Assembly: GCF_006345805.1 (NCBI RefSeq)
Contig: NW_021834703.1
Coordinates: 1-44,195 of the forward strand
From: Octopus sinensis
Lineage: Eukaryota
Length of the DNA stretch: 44,195 bases
Direction of reading: 5' to 3'
Position 1 is the stretch's first letter, and the number at the start of each line of letters is the position of its first letter. The notes below the pieces were generated by a model. It worked only from the letters and a program-made list of their open reading frames with translations, was not told where the DNA came from and did not search any database. The position numbers were made by a program, and so were the translations under genes. Shown in pieces: positions 23,336-37,171 of the stretch.

Positions 23336-23560
23336 TTTCTTTATTGCCCACAATGGACTAAACATAGAGGGGAAACAAGGAAAGACAAAGGGATTAAGTC
23401 GATTATAAAGACCCCAGTGCGTAACGGGTACTTTATTTATCGATCCCGAAAAGATGAAATGCAAAGTCGACCCGGCGGAATTTGAACTCAGAACGTAAAG
23501 ACAAGAGAAATATTGCTAAGCATTTCGCCCAGCGTGCTAACGTTTCTGCCAGCTCGCCGC

Positions 23561-23562
<2 letters not shown>
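23336..23562 (-). mobile_element. SINE family B, full monomer between (TATC)n tracts
   Basis: Reverse complement of GGCGGCGAGCTGGCAGAAACGTTAGC...GTGGGCAATAAAAGAAAT. Confidence 0.88.
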
Positions 23563-23657
<95 letters not shown>

Positions 23658-23835
23658 TATAGATATACTGTACCGCACATTGGGCAAGTGCTATCTTCTA
23701 TAGCCACGGAGAGACCAAATCTTTGTGAGTAGACTTGTGAATGGAAACAGGTAAAAGCTAGTCATTTATATATGTATGTATGTATGTGTGTATGTATGTA
23801 TGTATGTATGTATGTATGGTATGTATGTATGTATG

Positions 23836-23866
<31 letters not shown>

Positions 23867-23884
23867 TATTATAATATAATATAT

Positions 23885-24222
23885 AGGCGTAGTAGCGAAT
23901 GTGTGTGGTAAGTAGTTGCTTACCAGCAACATGGTTCCGGGTTCAGTCGCACTACATGGCACCTTGGACTAGTGTCTTCTACTTAGCCTAGGGGGTAGAC
24001 CAAAGCCTGTGAGTGGATTTGGTAAACGGTAATTGAAAGGAGTCCGTCGTATATATGTATGTATATATATATATTATATATATTATATATATATATATAA
24101 TATATATAGTGTGTGTGTGTATGTGTTTGTCCCCCCTCCCTAACATCGCTTGACAACTGATGCTGGTGTGTTTACGTTCCCGTAACTTAGCTGTTCGGTA
24201 AAAGAGTATAAAGAGAGTAAAC
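23885..24222 (+). mobile_element. SINE family A (with a short upstream fragment at ~23662-23760)
   Basis: GTGTGTGGTAAGTAG..GGTTCCGGGTTCAGTC..GGCACCTTGG..CCCGTAACTTAGC. Confidence 0.85.
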
Positions 24223-24235
24223 GTATATATACATA

Positions 24236-24353
24236 TCACCGTGATCACCGTGACTACCAGGCTATCAGATGTTGCCACATATCGCTGGTCACAATGCGCT
24301 TCGCATTGTTTTAGCCTTCAAGTGTCGCCACCCCGCTGGCTAAGCGAGTAGGC
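24236..24353 (-). mobile_element. 3' fragment of a further retroposon with a (CACGGTGAT)n-type tail
   Basis: Minus strand ends GTCACGGTGATCACGGTGAT, a tandem short tail. Single copy here, family not assigned. Confidence 0.45.
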
Positions 24354-24419
24354 CATATATACATATATACGTATATATTCTGAAATTTTATACCCACACA
24401 AACTAACACATATATACGT

Positions 24420-24727
<308 letters not shown>

Positions 24728-25018
24728 CTACAAGTCAGAAAAAATGTAAATTAATTGAAACAGAGCTTTGAGGAAATCTTATAACAAAATGGATTTATAA
24801 TTTAAATTCAGTTCACATATTAAATTTTCATGAATGCAAAGCTATTGTAAGACGTTTTCAGCGTAATTGTTTAATCACAACGTATTTAATTGAAAAATAT
24901 TCAAGAATGGAAATGAAACTGCACATATTAAACCGTTAACGCGACGTATGAAAATAGAAAAGAAATAACATGCTGATTCAATTCTGAACAAAAACAGTTG
25001 ATTGCTATCTCATTAAAT

Positions 25019-25420
25019 AGGTGCAAGCGTGGCTGCATGGTAAGAAGTTTTCTTCCTAGCAACATGATTCCCGGTTCAATCTCACTATGTGCCAGCCTAA
25101 GAACTTGTCTTTTACTATAACCTCAGGTTAACCAAAGCCTCGTGAGTGGAAAATTTGTAGACGGAAAATGAACGAAGCCCACCGTATATATATATATATA
25201 TATATATAAGATCTTTGCGGATCTTAAAATATTCTTTGAGGCCTTTCTTAGATTTGCAAACCTTCTGGCATACATTATATTGAAAGGTGTGCACAGACAA
25301 ATGTTTGTGTTTGTCCCCTTCCATCCGCTTGACACCCAGTGTTGGTTTGTTTCCGTTCACGTGTCACATAAGCGGTTCGGTAAAAGCGTCCAGTAGAATA
25401 AGTGCGTGACTTTTAAAAAA
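25019..25420 (+). mobile_element. Diverged SINE family A
   Basis: GGTGCAAGCGTGGCTGCATGGTAAGAAG head, GTAGACGGAAA core and AGCGGTTCGG tail. Confidence 0.8.
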
Positions 25421-25439
25421 GTACATGCATGCCTGTATG

Positions 25440-26885
25440 CAAAGAAATATGCATAAGAGGAAAAAGAGCATTAACCTGATTACAACATTCTCAAAGGACA
25501 TAGCGTTGGCGTTTGGTCAAGATACATGTTGCTATATGGTTGTTAAAAGAAAGAAAACTGTAAAACTGTAGACTAGCAACAGCTCCATCACTGATGTAAC
25601 TGTTTCCCATATATCTGATGAGGAATGTTACAAGTATCTAGGGATGGAGGAAAACATATCTTACAATAGCACCTGTTGTAAAATACGTGTCACTAAAGAA
25701 TATTACTCTCGAATAAAGGAAATTTGTATCTCGCAAATTTCAGCATTCAATAAAACAGCGGCCCACAATGTGTTTGCTGTGCCAGTGCTCATACCAATAT
25801 TTGTGCTGCTCGATTGGACGCTTGATGAGATCCGAGCCACTGAGGTGAATACCCCGAAGGTACTAACCAGCGAACATAATTTCCAGATCAATAGTGACGT
25901 AGACCGCCTCTACTTAAAGCGAAAACAAGAGGGTAGAGGCTTAACATCAATGCAAGCTGCCATTGAATGCCATATCACATTCCTTCGGCAACATCATTTC
26001 ACCAGCAAGTCTCGAAGTGCCTCCCTTGACCAAGTTTGCATATATGAGGTTGATAACGTCATGAGACTTGGAAAGCAGCCCATTGGGCAGTATTACTTGT
26101 GTGATGAACTTAAGTCAATGCACAAAGAAGTCGCACGACTCTACTTCGACGTATCATCAGATGAAAGGATGAGCGTATATCAACAGGGATATTTATCAGC
26201 AGAAATCTACGAGATGATTAATAACATTGGTCATAGAAGTAGTCCATCATGGACCAACAGCCGGATTACTAACTGCCACTTTGAAGAGTATGTGTTTGCA
26301 ATCCAGGGAAAATATATCTAATGCACTAAACGGACAGGGATGAAGGAAAAGCAGAAAAATGTAGCAAACGATGGAAACTTTGTGGAGATAACACCAAAGA
26401 TATCACCCACATCACAAGCAGTTGCCTGAAAATGTCATCACAGTATTATTTATCGATAAGGCATGTTGTTATAACTTGGACACTGTATTATGAGATACGT
26501 CGGAAGGATAAATCGAACACAAAGAAATAAGAAACTACAATATGGTAAAAGGCATAGCCACTCATAATAAAAAAAAGTGTAGTGGCAGAATGTTCCAGCG
26601 AAAACCTCAATAAAATGTAAACACAATAGACCTGATATAATGATATGGGATAGGGAAAAGAAACTGTGTACTCTAGCGGAAATCAGCTGCCCAGCGGATG
26701 TTAACATAAAGCTAAAGACCAGCGGAAAAGAAAATACCTACGCTGAACTATTGAGAAAGCTGCAGTTACTCTATCCAGGTTACAAATTCAAGTTTATACT
26801 TAGTAATTAATGGGTCACAGAAATATGTAACACACTGCCTAAGTACCAATCTTGAGAAATTAGGCTTCTCAGAACCAGAAAAGAA
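25440..26885 (+). pseudogene. Decayed R4/Dong-type non-LTR retrotransposon ORF (RT C-terminal part, zinc knuckle, RLE endonuclease)
   Basis: FSKDIALAFGQDTC; YKYLG at 25629-25643; NVFAVPVL..DVDRLYLKRKQEGRGL; LCGDNTKDITHITSSC (CCHC remnant); HNRPDIMIWD..LAEISCPAD (PD-(D/E)xK). Stops and frameshifts present. Confidence 0.85.
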
Positions 26886-27244
26886 TAGTGGGAGCAGAGA
26901 AGATTGATAAATGAAAAAAAGAAAAGGCCACTACTTCTATGTAAATATAGGACTGGTCTATATATGGTGGGGTGGCAGGGGACATGTTTTATTTCCAGGC
27001 TGTACTAACATGGCCGTGTTAAAGGTCGATCATATGTATATCGACAAATCATTGATGTGTAGATGAGGGATATTATATAAGTGAGAAATATGTTACATCA
27101 GCAGGCCTAGTACTGCGTGTGTGTATGATAATAATGTTGGCAATATTGAGTGAGAGCAATACCATATTTTAGTATTGGTAGTACAATAAAATGTAATTCT
27201 GTCCACAATGCCGATGTTGATGGTAGTTTTCTAGGCAGAAGATA

Positions 27245-27625
27245 CTGGCAGAAACGTCAGTGCGCCGGGTGAAATGCTCAGCGGTATTTCGTCTGCCGCT
27301 ACATTCTGAGTTCAAATTCCGCTGAGGTCGACTTTGCTTTTCATCATTTCGGGGTCGATTAAATAAGTACCAGTTACACACTGGGGTCGATATAATCGAC
27401 TTAATCCGTTTGAATGTCCTTGTTTGTCCTCTCTGTATTTAGCCCCTTGTGGGTAGTAAAGAAATAGGTATTTCGTCAGCCGCTACCTTCTGAGTTCAAA
27501 TTCCGCCGAGGTCGACTTTGCTTTTCATCATTTCGGGGTCGATTAAATAAGTACCAGTTACTGAATCCGTTTGTCTGTACTTGTTTGTCCCCTCTATGTT
27601 TAACCCTTTGTGGGTAATAAATAAA
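27245..27625 (+). mobile_element. SINE B dimer with the recurrent AAAGAAATAGGTATTTC junction
   Basis: Two consecutive central domains; junction at ~27458-27474. Confidence 0.88.
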
Positions 27626-27659
27626 TAAATAAGAAGATATTGATTCAGATTTCGCGGTC

Positions 27660-27810
27660 ATATCGCTCCCAATGATCAACTGGCTTTTTTATCGACCTCG
27701 GAAGGAGAAACGGCAAAGTCGATCTCGGCGGAATTTGAACACAACGTAAAGACGGATGAAATACCGCAAAGCATTTTGTTCGACGTGCTGACCAGTCAGC
27801 TAGATTGTCG
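27660..27810 (-). mobile_element. Degenerate SINE B, inverted relative to the adjacent dimer
   Basis: GGCAAAGTCGATCTCGGCGGAATTTGAAC..GAAATACCGC. Confidence 0.75.
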
Positions 27811-28651
27811 CATTCGTAAAACAGAAAGTATTCAAACATGTTCAGAATAACTATATTTAATCATTGGTTATCTTCCTATGAGGACATCTCTGCGGATTAA
27901 AACTACATATGCCCACAAGAAAACGGGACTAAGCCAAGCAGCATATATTTCCACAGGTTCATTTGCTTTTTGTCTTGCTACAGACGGCAGCAAAATTGCT
28001 AAAAATGTCTCACCATATGATCTTTAAAACACAACGAAGACAATGTGCGTTGTACTTCCAAATATTCTATGTATGCAGAAATGACAAGACAGATAGTCAC
28101 GGCTGGAGCAATTTTAATAATAGATCTCCTAGATTAAAACTGAGATACGACTAGAAATAATCAGAACATATTAACAAACCACGAAAAAAAACACAAAAAA
28201 AAAACAAATATAAAATTAGAAAATAGAATCCAAACGTTTCTGAATAGAAAATGAGGGAAAAAACTTCAGATAAGCCTGTGAAAGGAATTTTACACATGCA
28301 ATCCTAAGACAGTCTATTGAGAAAATATGTAGTAAAGAAGGAAAACAAAAACAGAAAAAGAGAAACAAGACAAAACATATAATGTTATGAATTACATGGG
28401 AGCGTTCTTTAATCATGTTCTGTTATATAGGTGTAAAAAAGAACGAGAGGAAGGCTGAATAATTTTACCTGTCGGTCGAAAAATATTGCGTAACGATGAG
28501 AAAAGTATTTGATATCAACGAAACAAAACTCCATTAGAGAAACTGATATTGTAATTACGATTTTATAATTAGTGTCATAGGTATGCACACAAACTCACAA
28601 ATCAAGATCTAACTCTCTTTCCCTCTTTTTCTCTTTCTTTCTTTCGTTCGT

Positions 28652-28699
<48 letters not shown>

Positions 28700-28809
28700 T
28701 CATTCTTTCTGTATCTCTGTTCTCATCTTTCGATTTCTTGCACTTACATTAAGTATTTCTCTTTCTGTGTGTGTCTCTCTCTCTCGCTTCACACACACAT
28801 ATGCACAAA

Positions 28810-28822
28810 TGTGTATGTATAT

Positions 28823-28868
<46 letters not shown>

Positions 28869-29080
28869 ATATATATCTGGGGAGGTGCGCCTCTGTGTGT
28901 ATGTGTGCATTTATATAAACATGTATAAATATATATACGCATATATATTGTATATGTATGCATGTATGTATATATATATGTATATATATATATACATATG
29001 TATATACACACATATATATATATATATATACATATATATACATATATATACATATATATATATATATATGTATATATAAT
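28810..29080. repeat. (TA)n/(TACA)n microsatellite complex
   Basis: Direct observation; source of several YI-rich ORFs. Confidence 0.9.
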
Positions 29081-29550
29081 GCGCGTGCGTGTGTGTGTGT
29101 TTCATATAGCACAGCAATCAACCGCCCAACCTTGCTCCATAGTGCAGTGATGTAAGTGTATAAGACTAGTCCCTAGGCACGTTCAGTTTGTAGCCAAAAT
29201 TGTGTGAGCCCGACTGAATGCAAGCTAAGTGCACCATATGATTTGTCACTTCTGTGCCTATCTCTAGGAAAATTTTATTTCATGGCGGATATTTTCACTG
29301 TTCTGATGTAGTCTTTTACAAATGTTGTGATAATAATTTCTTTTACAATATCGATCCCACATACTCATAAATTTCGAACCATTCGTAGGACCCTATGATT
29401 AAGTAAAATATCTCAAATATCTTATGTATTTTAATTCTAGGGTAAAATTATATCGAAAGTAAATGGCAATTTACATGAATGATGATATTTAAGTTTTTCT
29501 CATGAATGGTACATTATACTTAAATATTTACAGGGGCTGTTAGCAACGGT

Positions 29551-29942
29551 TTACTCTTTTACTCCGACCATGCTGGAACACCGCCTTTAGTCGAGCAAAT
29601 TGACCCCAAGACTTATTCTTTGTAATCATAGTACTTATTCTATCGGACTCTTTTGCCGAACCGCTAAGTTACGGGGGACGTAAACACATCACCATTGCCT
29701 GTCATGCGATGGTGGGTGGACAAACACAGACGTACAAGCATATACACACATACATATATATATATATACATACATATATACGACGGGCTTCCGTTAGTTT
29801 CCGTCTATCAAATCCACTCATAAGGCTTTGGTCGGCCCGAGGTTATAGTAGATCGCACTTGTCCAAGTTGCCATGCTGTGGGAATGAACCCGGAACCATG
29901 TGGTTGGTATGCAAGCTATTTACCACACAGCCACTCCTGCGG
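29551..29942 (-). mobile_element. SINE family A
   Basis: Reverse complement of the family A consensus; head ends CCACACAGCCACTCCTGCG. Confidence 0.9.
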
Positions 29943-30716
29943 TCTATAAATAGAGATTAGCTGACCACCTTAATGTGGTATCTAACAGCATCGATGACCA
30001 ACAACTGTTTACGTAAGCGTTTATATATATATGATGTGTGCGCGTGTGTGTGTGAGTGTGTGTGTGTTGTTATACGCGTGATACCCAGTCCGTGGAAAAA
30101 TTGTTTTGCATGAAACCAGTTCATGGTACAATAAAGGCTGGGAACTTCTGCTTCGGAAGATTTAAGAGAGGGTGAGACACAATAACGTAAATGTTTTCTT
30201 TGTTTTCTATGAAAAAGTATCACCTGAATTTGTTAATTAATGTACAAGGTTCACATTATAGAATGATCTCTTGCTATTCACTGCGACTTCAGTCTTGGAT
30301 AATTGTTTAGCGTTTAACGTCTCTGTTCATCAGATGACAAAATAATGACGTTAAGGAGCTGTCGGAATCCAGTTGCTTTAAACTCAGACTTATGCATGCT
30401 ACGGTTCATGATGGTCCAGGACATGACCCAAATCGAATGCTACCCAAGGTCAATTTGAATGCAAGAGAAGGAAGAAGCGCATATTGTTCAAGGTCGCAGG
30501 AAAGCCCTAAAGATATTCTTTAGATACTGAACTTATGAAATGTAAAGGTTAAGGGATAAGAGAGAAAAAGAAAGAAAGCAAGAAGATGGATATTGAAATG
30601 CTTCGGCGGATTAAGATGTTTAGGAAGTTTTTCTTCTTTTCTAAGGAGCTTAAAGGATTTGCATTCGGGGCCAGCTAGGATCACAACTGGTGGTCCGATT
30701 ATTATTATTATTATTA

Positions 30717-30819
<103 letters not shown>

Positions 30820-31040
30820 GAGGCAGCGAGCTGGGAGAATTGTTAGCGCGTTGGACGAAATGCTGAGCCGTATCTCGTCCGTCGCTGTTTTCTGAGTTCA
30901 AATTCCACTGAGGTCGACTTTGCGTTTTATCCTTGCAGGTTCGATTAAATATATACCAGTTACGCACTGGTGTCGATGAAATCGACGTAACCCCTTCATC
31001 CAAATTTCAAGACTTGTGCCTATAGTAGAAAGGATGACTT
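30820..31040 (+). mobile_element. SINE family B between (TTA)n tracts
   Basis: GGCAGCGAGCTGGGAGAATTGTTAGC head; tail CTTGTGCCTATAGTAGAAAGGAT. Confidence 0.85.
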
Positions 31041-31046
31041 GTATTG

Positions 31047-31110
<64 letters not shown>

Positions 31111-31112
<2 letters not shown>

Positions 31113-31226
31113 GTTTGACTTTTGCTTTATGTCTGTACAAATTTGCTCCAAGTCTCACCCAGAGACCTCAAGAGACAACAGGTTGGAAGTTCACGTTGTT
31201 GTTATGCCTAGTGTGCCATATATTTG

Positions 31227-31228
<2 letters not shown>
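31111..31228 (-). mobile_element. 3' UTR fragment of the R4/Dong-type LINE embedded in (TAA)n
   Basis: The reverse complement aligns with 33170-33272 (CCAA.TATATGGCAC.CTAG...CTTGAGGTCTCT.GG..AAGCAAAA.CAAACATAT); TAA tracts on both sides. Confidence 0.75.
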
Positions 31229-31279
<51 letters not shown>

Positions 31280-31514
31280 CATCATCATCATCATCTTTAA
31301 GGTGATGAATAGAAGAATAGTTTGCACGACGCACAAATTACGTAGCAGCATTTCCCCAGATACTTTTACGCTAAAATTTCAAATGCCACCAAGAATATTT
31401 TACTTTCCATCATCCCAGGATTAATAAAATATTGATACAATTGGCTTATCCCGCCCCAATAAAATTGTTGGCTTCGCGCCAACATTTTAAGCAACAACAA
31501 CATCAACAGCAATA

Positions 31515-31680
31515 ATGATTTCAAATTTTGGCACAAAGCTACCAGTTAGATGGGTGGGGTTAATTTGATTGCATCAACACTAATCCTCAAATGGCACTTT
31601 TTTTCATCTAGCCCGAATTGATGAAAAGCAAAGTCGACTTCGGCGGAACTTGAACTCAGAACGTGAAGACGGCTGGAATG
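31515..31680 (-). mobile_element. SINE family B fragment
   Basis: GCAAAGTCGACTTCGGCGGAACTTGAACTCAGAACG. Confidence 0.75.
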
Positions 31681-31875
31681 GATAATGTCGACAAATACTC
31701 CAAGCATTCAAAAATGATCTAAATTCTCAAAAAAGTTATGCAAATATTCGTAGTATGAAAATTAGTGAAATTAAAGATCTTTGTCTACCTGAAAAAGCCT
31801 GTATTCGTAGTAACAAAATAAAGTAATTTACAAAAATGCCATAGTTTCTCATGACACAGGATGTGATTAAATCAG

Positions 31876-32061
31876 GACATTTTTTATTTCGTACTGAATG
31901 TTACATCATGGGAAAATAGCCATTCATCTGAATGGTTTCGAAATTACTCTTGTTTTATAAACAATGCTTACGAAAAGGAACGTGATGTTGGTCAAAATAG
32001 CTCACACAATGAATGGTCTATGAACAAACCATTGAGACTTACAATCAATATGCATGTCCCA
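31876..32061 (+). CDS. Candidate exon encoding an Ig-like extracellular segment (DIFYFVLNVTSWENSHSSEWFRNYSCFINNAYEKERDVGQNSSHNEWSMNKPLRLTINMHVP)
   Basis: 62 open codons ending exactly at a perfect donor CCA|GTGAGT (32062). NYSCFINN resembles an Ig F-strand YxC motif; three N-x-S/T sequons. The acceptor is weak at 31875, or good at 31859 if one T of the T6 run is an error. Confidence 0.4.
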
Positions 32062-32772
32062 GTGAGTATAATTGAAGCCACGCTGCTCTGAATAACACTG
32101 AATATTTGTAAGAGTTTTTGAAAACAAGTAATGCTTACAGACAGAAAAAACTCAAAACATTGAGAAAAAGAAAAGCAAAAAAAGAAACAAACAAAAAACA
32201 CACAAAAAACAACAGCACTAACTCATATACTCGAGAGTGTCAAGCATTGTTTCCTAGCGGGCGAAGCAGCTTCTTCATAGCCTATCGTGGGAACATCTAC
32301 GTGGTCGCTCTGCAAGCAAGAAACAACAACCACATTTCTCCAATTCACAAACCGCTTTCTCAATACTGAAAATCCAGATGTATTTTTTAAAACTTACACA
32401 TAGAAAGACATGGGATGGCGATCGTTAGTTGAGGGTCAAAGATTATAGGTCGACTGCAGTTATGACTGACACTAACAAAAAATATCAACAAAAATAGCAC
32501 GGCCAGAGCAGCATCACGGTCTAAGATGTATACTCTTAAATGTAATCGAAGCACAGAATACGATTCATATGAGCCAATATCCGAATTAATTATAAAAACA
32601 TCTATACGGACAACCACAGAAACAAGATCGCAAAAAAGAAATGTATTTTTAAAAAGCGAGCTGGTAGCGTTGTCACACCATGAGGGAAAATATCTTGTGG
32701 AATGTGTTCCGGCGCTTTGCATTCAGAGAACAAATCCCACCAAAGCCAAACTTTTATCTGGATTGTAGTTGG

Positions 32773-32944
32773 CTGCAAAGTCATGCGCTGTTTATCTTGA
32801 TATGAGATCACTATGTCGCTCACTTAAGGTTGTGATGCGCACATAAGGTTGTGTTCCTGGTGTACCATTACCAGACGGGTAGTCCTGATGGGTATATTTT
32901 ACCCCAGTGTCACTTTGATGGCATGGACTGCTCTCTCACTCAAT
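32773..32944 (+). mobile_element. 3' fragment of the ~560-bp retroposon
   Basis: GTCATGCGCTGTTTATCTTGATATGAGATC...CCAGTGTCACTTTGATGGCATG..CTCTCTCACTCAA followed by (TCA/TAA)n. Confidence 0.85.
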
Positions 32945-32969
32945 CATCATCATCATCATAATAATAATA

Positions 32970-33290
32970 GGAATTATAGCAAAAGGGGATGGCTGTTATC
33001 TATCCCAGACACCAGGAAATCCCCAAATTGAATAAATTCAAAAGTTAGTGCGCATGGGAACTGCCCATATCCTACGTAAAGTACTGTCTATGTAATCTCA
33101 AATTTTAAAAGAAACTTATAAACTTTTTTTGTTTTCTTAAACATTCTCTACAAGAATATTTTGCGCAAAACCAATTATATGGCACCCTAGTCATCACACC
33201 AACTTGAACTTCTAACTTGCTGTCGCTTGAGGTCTCTAGGTGGGACAAATACTAAGCAAAATCCAAACATATGACAACAACAACAACAAC
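32970..33290 (+). mobile_element. 3' end of an R4/Dong-type LINE (ORF C-terminus plus 3' UTR and (CAA/TAA)n tail)
   Basis: IQKLVRMGTAHILRKVLSM* (stop 33093-33095), typical of RLE-LINE ORF ends; the UTR is shared with 31111-31228. Confidence 0.8.
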
Positions 33291-33399
33291 AATTATAATA
33301 ATAATTATTATTATTATTAGTTGTACACACAATATTTTAAATATATAACATCAAAATATTGGATACTGTTCGACGAATTCAATAATAATAATAATGATA

Positions 33400-33429
33400 A
33401 TTATAATAACGTGATAATGATGACGACGT

Positions 33430-33488
<59 letters not shown>

Positions 33489-33724
33489 GTGATGATGTTG
33501 ATGATGATGATGATGGTGATGTAGCAGATAAATTGCTTGGTGTCCTTTGCTCCTGTTTTACATTCTGAATTCAAATACCACCTAGGTCAACTTTGCTTTA
33601 CAGCGCTTTCGAGGTGTCGATTAAATAAAGTACCAGTCAAGTACTTGGGTCGATATATTCAACTTACATCTCACTTCGCAATGGCTGGCCTTATATTAGA
33701 CGCTAATATTAGAAAATCTATTAC

Positions 33725-33785
<61 letters not shown>

Positions 33786-33792
33786 GTTATTG

Positions 33793-33830
<38 letters not shown>

Positions 33831-33880
33831 GCTATTGTTATTGTTATTGTTATTATTATTATTATTATTATTATTAGCTT
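33400..33880. repeat. (TGA)n and (TTA)n tracts enclosing a degenerate SINE B (~33520-33720)
   Basis: Direct observation; CATTCTGAATTCAAAT..CAACTTTGCTTT..GTCGATTAAATAAAGTACCAG. Confidence 0.75.
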
Positions 33881-35027
33881 TATTGCTTTGAGAGGTACCT
33901 GCTCGACTTTTGGTTTGTTCAATTAATTAATAAAGACAGTGGAATTTATACTCACTTGCATGCAATTGAGTACATTCACACAAAAAAATCCAGTTCCCAC
34001 CTCTCACACTAACACACAAACACACGTACGGACACCCACGCATATTTACGCCTTCAGAACCGCACACGGATGCATAGAATCAAAGCTAAATATATACACT
34101 AGACATATAGTGATTCATATATATATATATGCACACACACGTAAAACACACCACCGTCTATGTATGTGTGTATGTGTCTATATATATATATGTGTGTATG
34201 TGTGTATGTGTGTATGTATGTATACATGCATATATATACATACGGTAATTAAGGGAAAAAAATACTATCGGCCGCGTACTGCACTTAAGTTGCGAAATGG
34301 GAAAACAAAAATGAATGAACATATAAAAAAACAATAACAGCAACGACCACAACAAGCAGACATCAAGAAGATCAACAATAACAACAGAAAAGCAGGGGCA
34401 GCAGCAACAACAACAGCAACAACCACAACAACAATGGCAGCAAAACCTATCTTGAAAGCGATCGGTGTTGGCAAGTGAGAAAGTGAAGCAAGCGTGTGAC
34501 AAGTAAGATTCGGTTCAAAAGAAAAAGAAAAAGAAAAAAAATGAAAGAGAACGAGAAAAAAAAACAACATAAAAAGACGTATAACATTAAGTGTATAAAG
34601 GTTAAAGAATACTTGAAGGAGTGTTATACTCACGCACGCACACACACACACACACACCTTATATATGTACGTATGTATGTATGTACATATGTATAGCATA
34701 CATATATGTATATGATTATATGTATATACTTAAAACATCTATGTATGTATGTATGTAAGTATGTATGTATATATATATATATACATACATACATATGTTA
34801 ACACCCCCACATACACATAGAGAGACACGCAAATACACATACATACAAATACATGCATAGATACATATAAATACATACATACATACATACATACATACAT
34901 TCATACATACATACATACATATCTACATGCATACGCACGCCTTTCACTTCCCGTACATGAAGAAAAGTGTTCAGTATATATATTATTTGAATTTCTTCGT
35001 TTATTCTAAGCTGAATTTTCTCTAAAT

Positions 35028-35049
35028 CTATCTATCTATCTATCTATCG

Positions 35050-35098
<49 letters not shown>

Positions 35099-35099
35099 G

Positions 35100-35138
<39 letters not shown>

Positions 35139-35178
35139 GCTATCTATCTATCTATCTAAATATCTATCTATCTATCTA

Positions 35179-35217
<39 letters not shown>

Positions 35218-35274
35218 CTATCTATCTATCTATCTATCTATCTAATCTATCTATCTATCTAATCTATCTATCTA

Positions 35275-35350
<76 letters not shown>
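35028..35350. repeat. (TATC)n tetranucleotide microsatellite
   Basis: About 320 bp. Further TATC/GATA tracts at ~23258, 23561, 36314, 36655, 39560, 39805 and 41107. Confidence 0.95.
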
Positions 35351-35944
35351 CCTGTCTGCCTATATACATCACTGTGTGTGTATGTTTGTGTGTCTGTAAT
35401 TTAGTAACAAAATTATTGGTGACAATCCGCCAAACATATTGGTTACAATTTTTTTCGTCCACACGATCAAGTCATCAACAGGTATTGCATCGTATGCATA
35501 AACCTCCATGTAGAGTAAGTGTGAACTGTAATCTCTTTTGGAAAGTGGTTTTCAATTCGCACTTTTAAAATTAAGCTACATACCTTTTATGCATCTTCTT
35601 TTATATATTCGCATATTGATTATTAACGTTCGTTCGTTTGACTAGCAGTTATAATCGAAACATACGGCCGATTGTTCTTAATCACACATTTAATAAATAG
35701 TGTATAATTTCAGCATTTAAAAATATTTCTCATTGATTTATTTCACTTTGGTGAGAGTCACGCTTAACTTCAGTTATAACACAGCATTGCCTATCGATAA
35801 GTATCGAATTAAAGAATTAAGATACTCAATTTTTCTGCAGTCCATACCGTGCGTATTCACTGTGTGGAAGTGAATTCGCAATTGATAAGCGTCCTTACTT
35901 ACAATATTATCAGTAGATGGCACTTGAACGATTTTCATCAATGT

Positions 35945-36305
35945 AGGTGCAGGCGTGGCTGCGTGGTAAGAATCTTGCTTCCCAGTCACGAGGTTCCCGG
36001 TTCAGCATCACTGCGTAGCACCTTGGGCAAATGTCTCCTTCTAAATCCTTGAGCCGACCAAAGGCATTTGATTGCATTTGTTTGACAGAAGCTGAAAGTT
36101 TGGGAAGAGTATCATTTGTGCTATTTGAGAAAGGGCTTTGTGCTATTTCTTCTGGTTCTTTAGGTTCTGAGTTCAAACCTTGCTCAACTCAGTTATGTCT
36201 TTCAACGTTTCCGGGTTCGATAAATAAACTACCAATCAAATACTTGTGACGTGAGACGCGACTAACATTTGTACCTTGAAATTTCTTCGTCTTGTGCCTA
36301 AATGA
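35945..36305 (+). mobile_element. SINE A head fragment (~35945-36070) and degenerate SINE B 3' part (~36160-36305)
   Basis: GGCGTGGCTGCGTGGTAAG..GCACCTTGGGCAAATG; GTTCTGAGTTCAAAC..GGGTTCGATAAATAAA. Confidence 0.7.
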
Positions 36306-36338
36306 GAAACAATATCTATCTATCTATCTATCTATCTG

Positions 36339-36421
<83 letters not shown>

Positions 36422-36424
36422 CTC

Positions 36425-36655
36425 AGGCGGCGAGCTGGCAGAAACGTTAGCGCGCCGGGAGAAATGCTTAGCGGTATTTCGTCTGTCGTTACGTTCTGAG
36501 TTCAAATTCCGCCGAGGTCGACTTTGCCTTTCATCCTTTCGGGGTCGATAAATAAAGTTCCAGTTTCGCACTGGCGTTGAGGTAACCGACTTAATCCCTT
36601 AGTCTGTCCTTGTTTGTCCCCTCTATATTCAACCCCTTGTGGGTAGTAAACAAAT
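36425..36655 (+). mobile_element. SINE family B monomer between (TATC)n tracts
   Basis: Close match to the family B consensus from GGCGGCGAGCTGGCAG to GTGGGTAGTAAAC. Confidence 0.92.
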
Positions 36656-36680
36656 ATATCTATCTATCCATCCATCCATG

Positions 36681-36770
<90 letters not shown>

Positions 36771-36771
36771 G

Positions 36772-36803
<32 letters not shown>

Positions 36804-37171
36804 ATATTTATTTATTTATTTATTTATCTATCTATCTTTATATCTATTTATCTGTCTTTCTATCTGTCTATTTATCCATCAATCCGTCGATCGATCTATG
36901 AATCCAGCTATTTGTCTGTCTGTCTGTCTGTCAGCCTGCTTATCTATCTACACACACACACACATACATATTACTACATACATACTGGTATACAAACACA
37001 CACACATACATACATACATACACACATACATACATACATACATACAATCCTACACCACACAAACATGCACAGACATGGAGACTCACACACACACACCTAA
37101 AAAGATAAAAGCAAATCTTTTAGGACCAAACAAAATACATTCAAATGTTGATCCATCAAAGTGAAGTACTG

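Noticed and set aside
27984-28070. 87-nt exon-like segment with good acceptor and GTATGC donor; similar short ones at 10671-10720 and 29110-29151
   Set aside because: Too short to distinguish from chance splice-like pairs in 44 kb, and the peptides are unrecognisable.
32118-32369. Cadherin-like look of SSFFIAYRGNIYVV
   Set aside because: Lacks the DRE, DxNDN and AxDxG calcium-binding motifs, so no protocadherin call is made.
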